From a virus (Duplodnaviria; Caudoviricetes): 64,000 nt of DNA. A program made the position numbers and the translations under genes. This document shows, piece by piece, positions 61,794 to 64,000 of the stretch (position 1 is the first letter of the stretch; each line of letters opens with the position of its first letter). The notes below the pieces were generated by a model. It searched no databases. It was not told the DNA's origin and was given only the letters and a program-made list of their open reading frames with translations. Location: positions 64,001 to 128,000 of the IMG/VR virus record IMGVR_UViG_3300031555_003522, one strand, 5' to 3'.

Positions 61794-63041
61794 ATGGCAG
61801 GAATTTTATCTCAACAATTTAGATCCGTTGCATCTAAGCATAAAGATTTTCGTATGAAAGACGAATCTTCTGCTGGTGTTGGCTATTCTACTGGATTTTT
61901 AAATTTTGATTTTATGAACGGAACGGTTGTTCACGTTCGTTCTGAGCAGAGAAATCACAATTACTACTCTGTAGGCATTCAGGATGGTAGTCTTGTTATG
62001 CTTATTGGTAGATCTGGCTGTGGTAAGACCACTTGGGCTGTTCAGACTGCTTCTAATATTATAAGACCTTTTGCTACTGCATGTATTTTTCATGATGATA
62101 TCGAAGGTGGTCTTACAGAATATCGTAAAGAGCTTCTTAGTGGTTTCCATGGAGAGGAACTCAAAAATAGATATATCTCTCGTAATACAGGTATTACAGC
62201 AGAAAACTTCTATGAAAGAGTTAAGATGATTCATGATCTTAAGCTTAATAACAGAGAAGAATATGAATACGATACTGGTTGTTTCGATAGCCGCGGAGAA
62301 AGAATGTTTAAGCTAGAACCCACAGTGTATATTCTAGATTCCGTAGCATTGTTAATGCCTGAAAAATATACAGATGAAGAAGAACTTTCTGGTTCTATGT
62401 CTTCTACTGCTGCTGCTAAGACCAATTCTATGAGTTTTAAGCGTATCGTTCCAATGCTTAAAGCTGCAAATATTATCCTTCTGATGATTAATCACATCAA
62501 TAAAGCAATTTCCATTAATCCTATGATGAAGCAAAAAGCACAGGTATCCTATCTGAAGCAGGATGAATCTCTTCCTGGTGGTAATACTATCGTGTATTTA
62601 ACCAATCTTCTTCTGAGATTTGATGATAATTCTAAGTTTAAGGAAGATGAAGCATTCGGCATTCCTGGAAACTTGGTTGATATCACTCTTGTTAAATCTA
62701 GAAATAATCGTGCTGGTAAAACATGTACACTCGTCTTCGACCAGAATAGAGGATTCGATCCTGAGTTGTCTCTATTCGTTATGCTGAAGAATGAAAAGAG
62801 AATTAATGGCGCTGGAGCATATCTCTATATTGGAGATCGTTCTGATATTAAATTCTCTCAGAAAGCATTTAAATCCAAGCTCAAAGAAAATCCTGAATTA
62901 AGACAGATTTTCATTAAAGAAGTAATGGATGTGCTGAAAGCCGATCTAGATAGATATGATACTGAAGATAATACAGAGTCTTTTGACTATAGCCTTGGTT
63001 CTGATATCATGTCTCAGATTAATTCAGATCTATCTGTGTGA
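61794..63041 (+). CDS. recA: RecA/UvsX-like recombinase
   Basis: GRSGCGKT, YILDSV, INHI, PGG, LVKSR motifs. Confidence 0.85.
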   Translation: MAGILSQQFRSVASKHKDFRMKDESSAGVGYSTGFLNFDFMNGTVVHVRSEQRNHNYYSVGIQDGSLVMLIGRSGCGKTTWAVQTASNIIRPFATACIFHDDIEGGLTEYRKELLSGFHGEELKNRYISRNTGITAENFYERVKMIHDLKLNNREEYEYDTGCFDSRGERMFKLEPTVYILDSVALLMPEKYTDEEELSGSMSSTAAAKTNSMSFKRIVPMLKAANIILLMINHINKAISINPMMKQKAQVSYLKQDESLPGGNTIVYLTNLLLRFDDNSKFKEDEAFGIPGNLVDITLVKSRNNRAGKTCTLVFDQNRGFDPELSLFVMLKNEKRINGAGAYLYIGDRSDIKFSQKAFKSKLKENPELRQIFIKEVMDVLKADLDRYDTEDNTESFDYSLGSDIMSQINSDLSV

Positions 63042-63059
63042 TAAAATCTAGATTGAGAA

Positions 63060-63075
63060 TATATTATAGATCTGA
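63060..63075 (+). promoter_or_regulatory. Early-type promoter of RNAP subunit gene
   Basis: TATATTAT agatc TGA. Confidence 0.7.
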
Positions 63076-63125
63076 TGAGAATCATACTCTCATCAGATCT
63101 AATTATTCAGAAGGAGAAACTTGAT

Positions 63126-64000
63126 ATGGCTTCTATGGATTTAATGAATCAGATCCGCCGAGTTAGTGTTCAGAAAGAAGATCATATGCTCGGTAAGGGT
63201 CTTCAAATGCCATTTGCGGCATCAAACTCCGGTAGTAGAAAACTGATGTTTGGAACACAGCTTGAACACAGACTTCCTCTTTTAAATCCGGAGGTTCCGT
63301 TTATTCAAACTGGTTACGAAATGGAGTTCGGTAAATACTCCTCTTCTTATATTACCGCCAAAGAAGATATGACTGTTGTGGGAATTGTTTCAAAATTCTC
63401 TTGGAAGCCTCAGCATCACTATTATATCTTCTGTATTGGAAATGAGACCAAAACTCTGTATATGTTTGAACGTAGAACGTATAAGCATATCACAGAAAAC
63501 TATGGATACCTTTTCAACAATAATGTTATGGATAGCATGACTATTGGGCAGAAGGTATCTAAAGAACAAGTCATTCAGAGCAGTACATCATTTGACGAAT
63601 ATGGAAATAGAATGGATGGCTGCAATCTTCTCACTCTATATACTGCCTGTGAAGAGACTATGGAAGATGCTATCGTTATATCTGAAAGTGCTTCCAAAAA
63701 ATTAGCTTCTCCTCTTGTTAAGAAAGTGAATATTGTTATTAATGATAACGATATTCCGCTTAATTTGTATGGTACTGCTGATTTCTACAAAGCATTCCCT
63801 GATATTGGAGAGGAAAGTGTTCATAGTACTCTTTGCGGTCTTCGGAGAGAAAAGAAAGAAGAATGTTTGTTCTCTCAGTCTTATGCAAGATTAAGAGAAC
63901 TTACTATTTCTGATGAAAAATATACAGTATCTGGTAGAGTTGTAGACATTAATGTCTATTGTAACTCACCCGATAGACTTGGTGAATATGAATATAATTC
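63126..64000 (+). CDS. Split RNA polymerase beta-type subunit (probably non-virion RNAP), 3'-truncated by window
   Basis: Translated by hand: PFAASNSGSRKLMFGTQLEH...TGYE...MEDAIVISES are beta conserved regions. Confidence 0.85.
   Translation, partial: MASMDLMNQIRRVSVQKEDHMLGKGLQMPFAASNSGSRKLMFGTQLEHRLPLLNPEVPFIQTGYEMEFGKYSSSYITAKEDMTVVGIVSKFSWKPQHHYYIFCIGNETKTLYMFERRTYKHITENYGYLFNNNVMDSMTIGQKVSKEQVIQSSTSFDEYGNRMDGCNLLTLYTACEETMEDAIVISESASKKLASPLVKKVNIVINDNDIPLNLYGTADFYKAFPDIGEESVHSTLCGLRREKKEECLFSQSYARLRELTISDEKYTVSGRVVDINVYCNSPDRLGEYEYN

Noticed and set aside
1-64000. Stop-codon reassignment
   Set aside because: Genes are full length in the standard code, and TAA, TAG and TGA all end genes before terminators or next starts

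Overview
A 64 kb segment of a very AT-rich jumbo phage of the phiKZ-like/AR9-PBS1 type. The probable host is a spore-forming Bacillota (there is a Spo0A effector domain and a LysM-3D protein). Core genes include primase, SbcD, DnaB, a RecD/Dda-like helicase, GyrB, GyrA, RecA/UvsX, two split RNA polymerase beta-type subunits, virion/baseplate proteins and tRNA-Ile2(CAT). Three group I introns are visible. Two are in gyrB, one of them carrying an HNH endonuclease. The third splits the Walker A motif of dnaB and carries an intact TnpB plus an omegaRNA-like 3' end but no transposase, which suggests an RNA-guided homing intron. Two phage promoter classes (TATATTAT-N5-TGA and AAC[ATG]-N6-TA) and many intrinsic terminators define the transcription units. 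They also reveal four ORF-less RNAs sharing UUCCAU motifs, three of which display anti-Shine-Dalgarno sequence. Other unexplained structure: a terminal 'PIIF' peptide motif shared by five unrelated proteins, an MIY-x-x-NE leader family, seven dispersed Zn-ribbon paralogs, a duplicated two-gene toxin/immunity-like module, and an iteron-like 19-bp repeat region. All calls are by eye; no database search or folding program was run.
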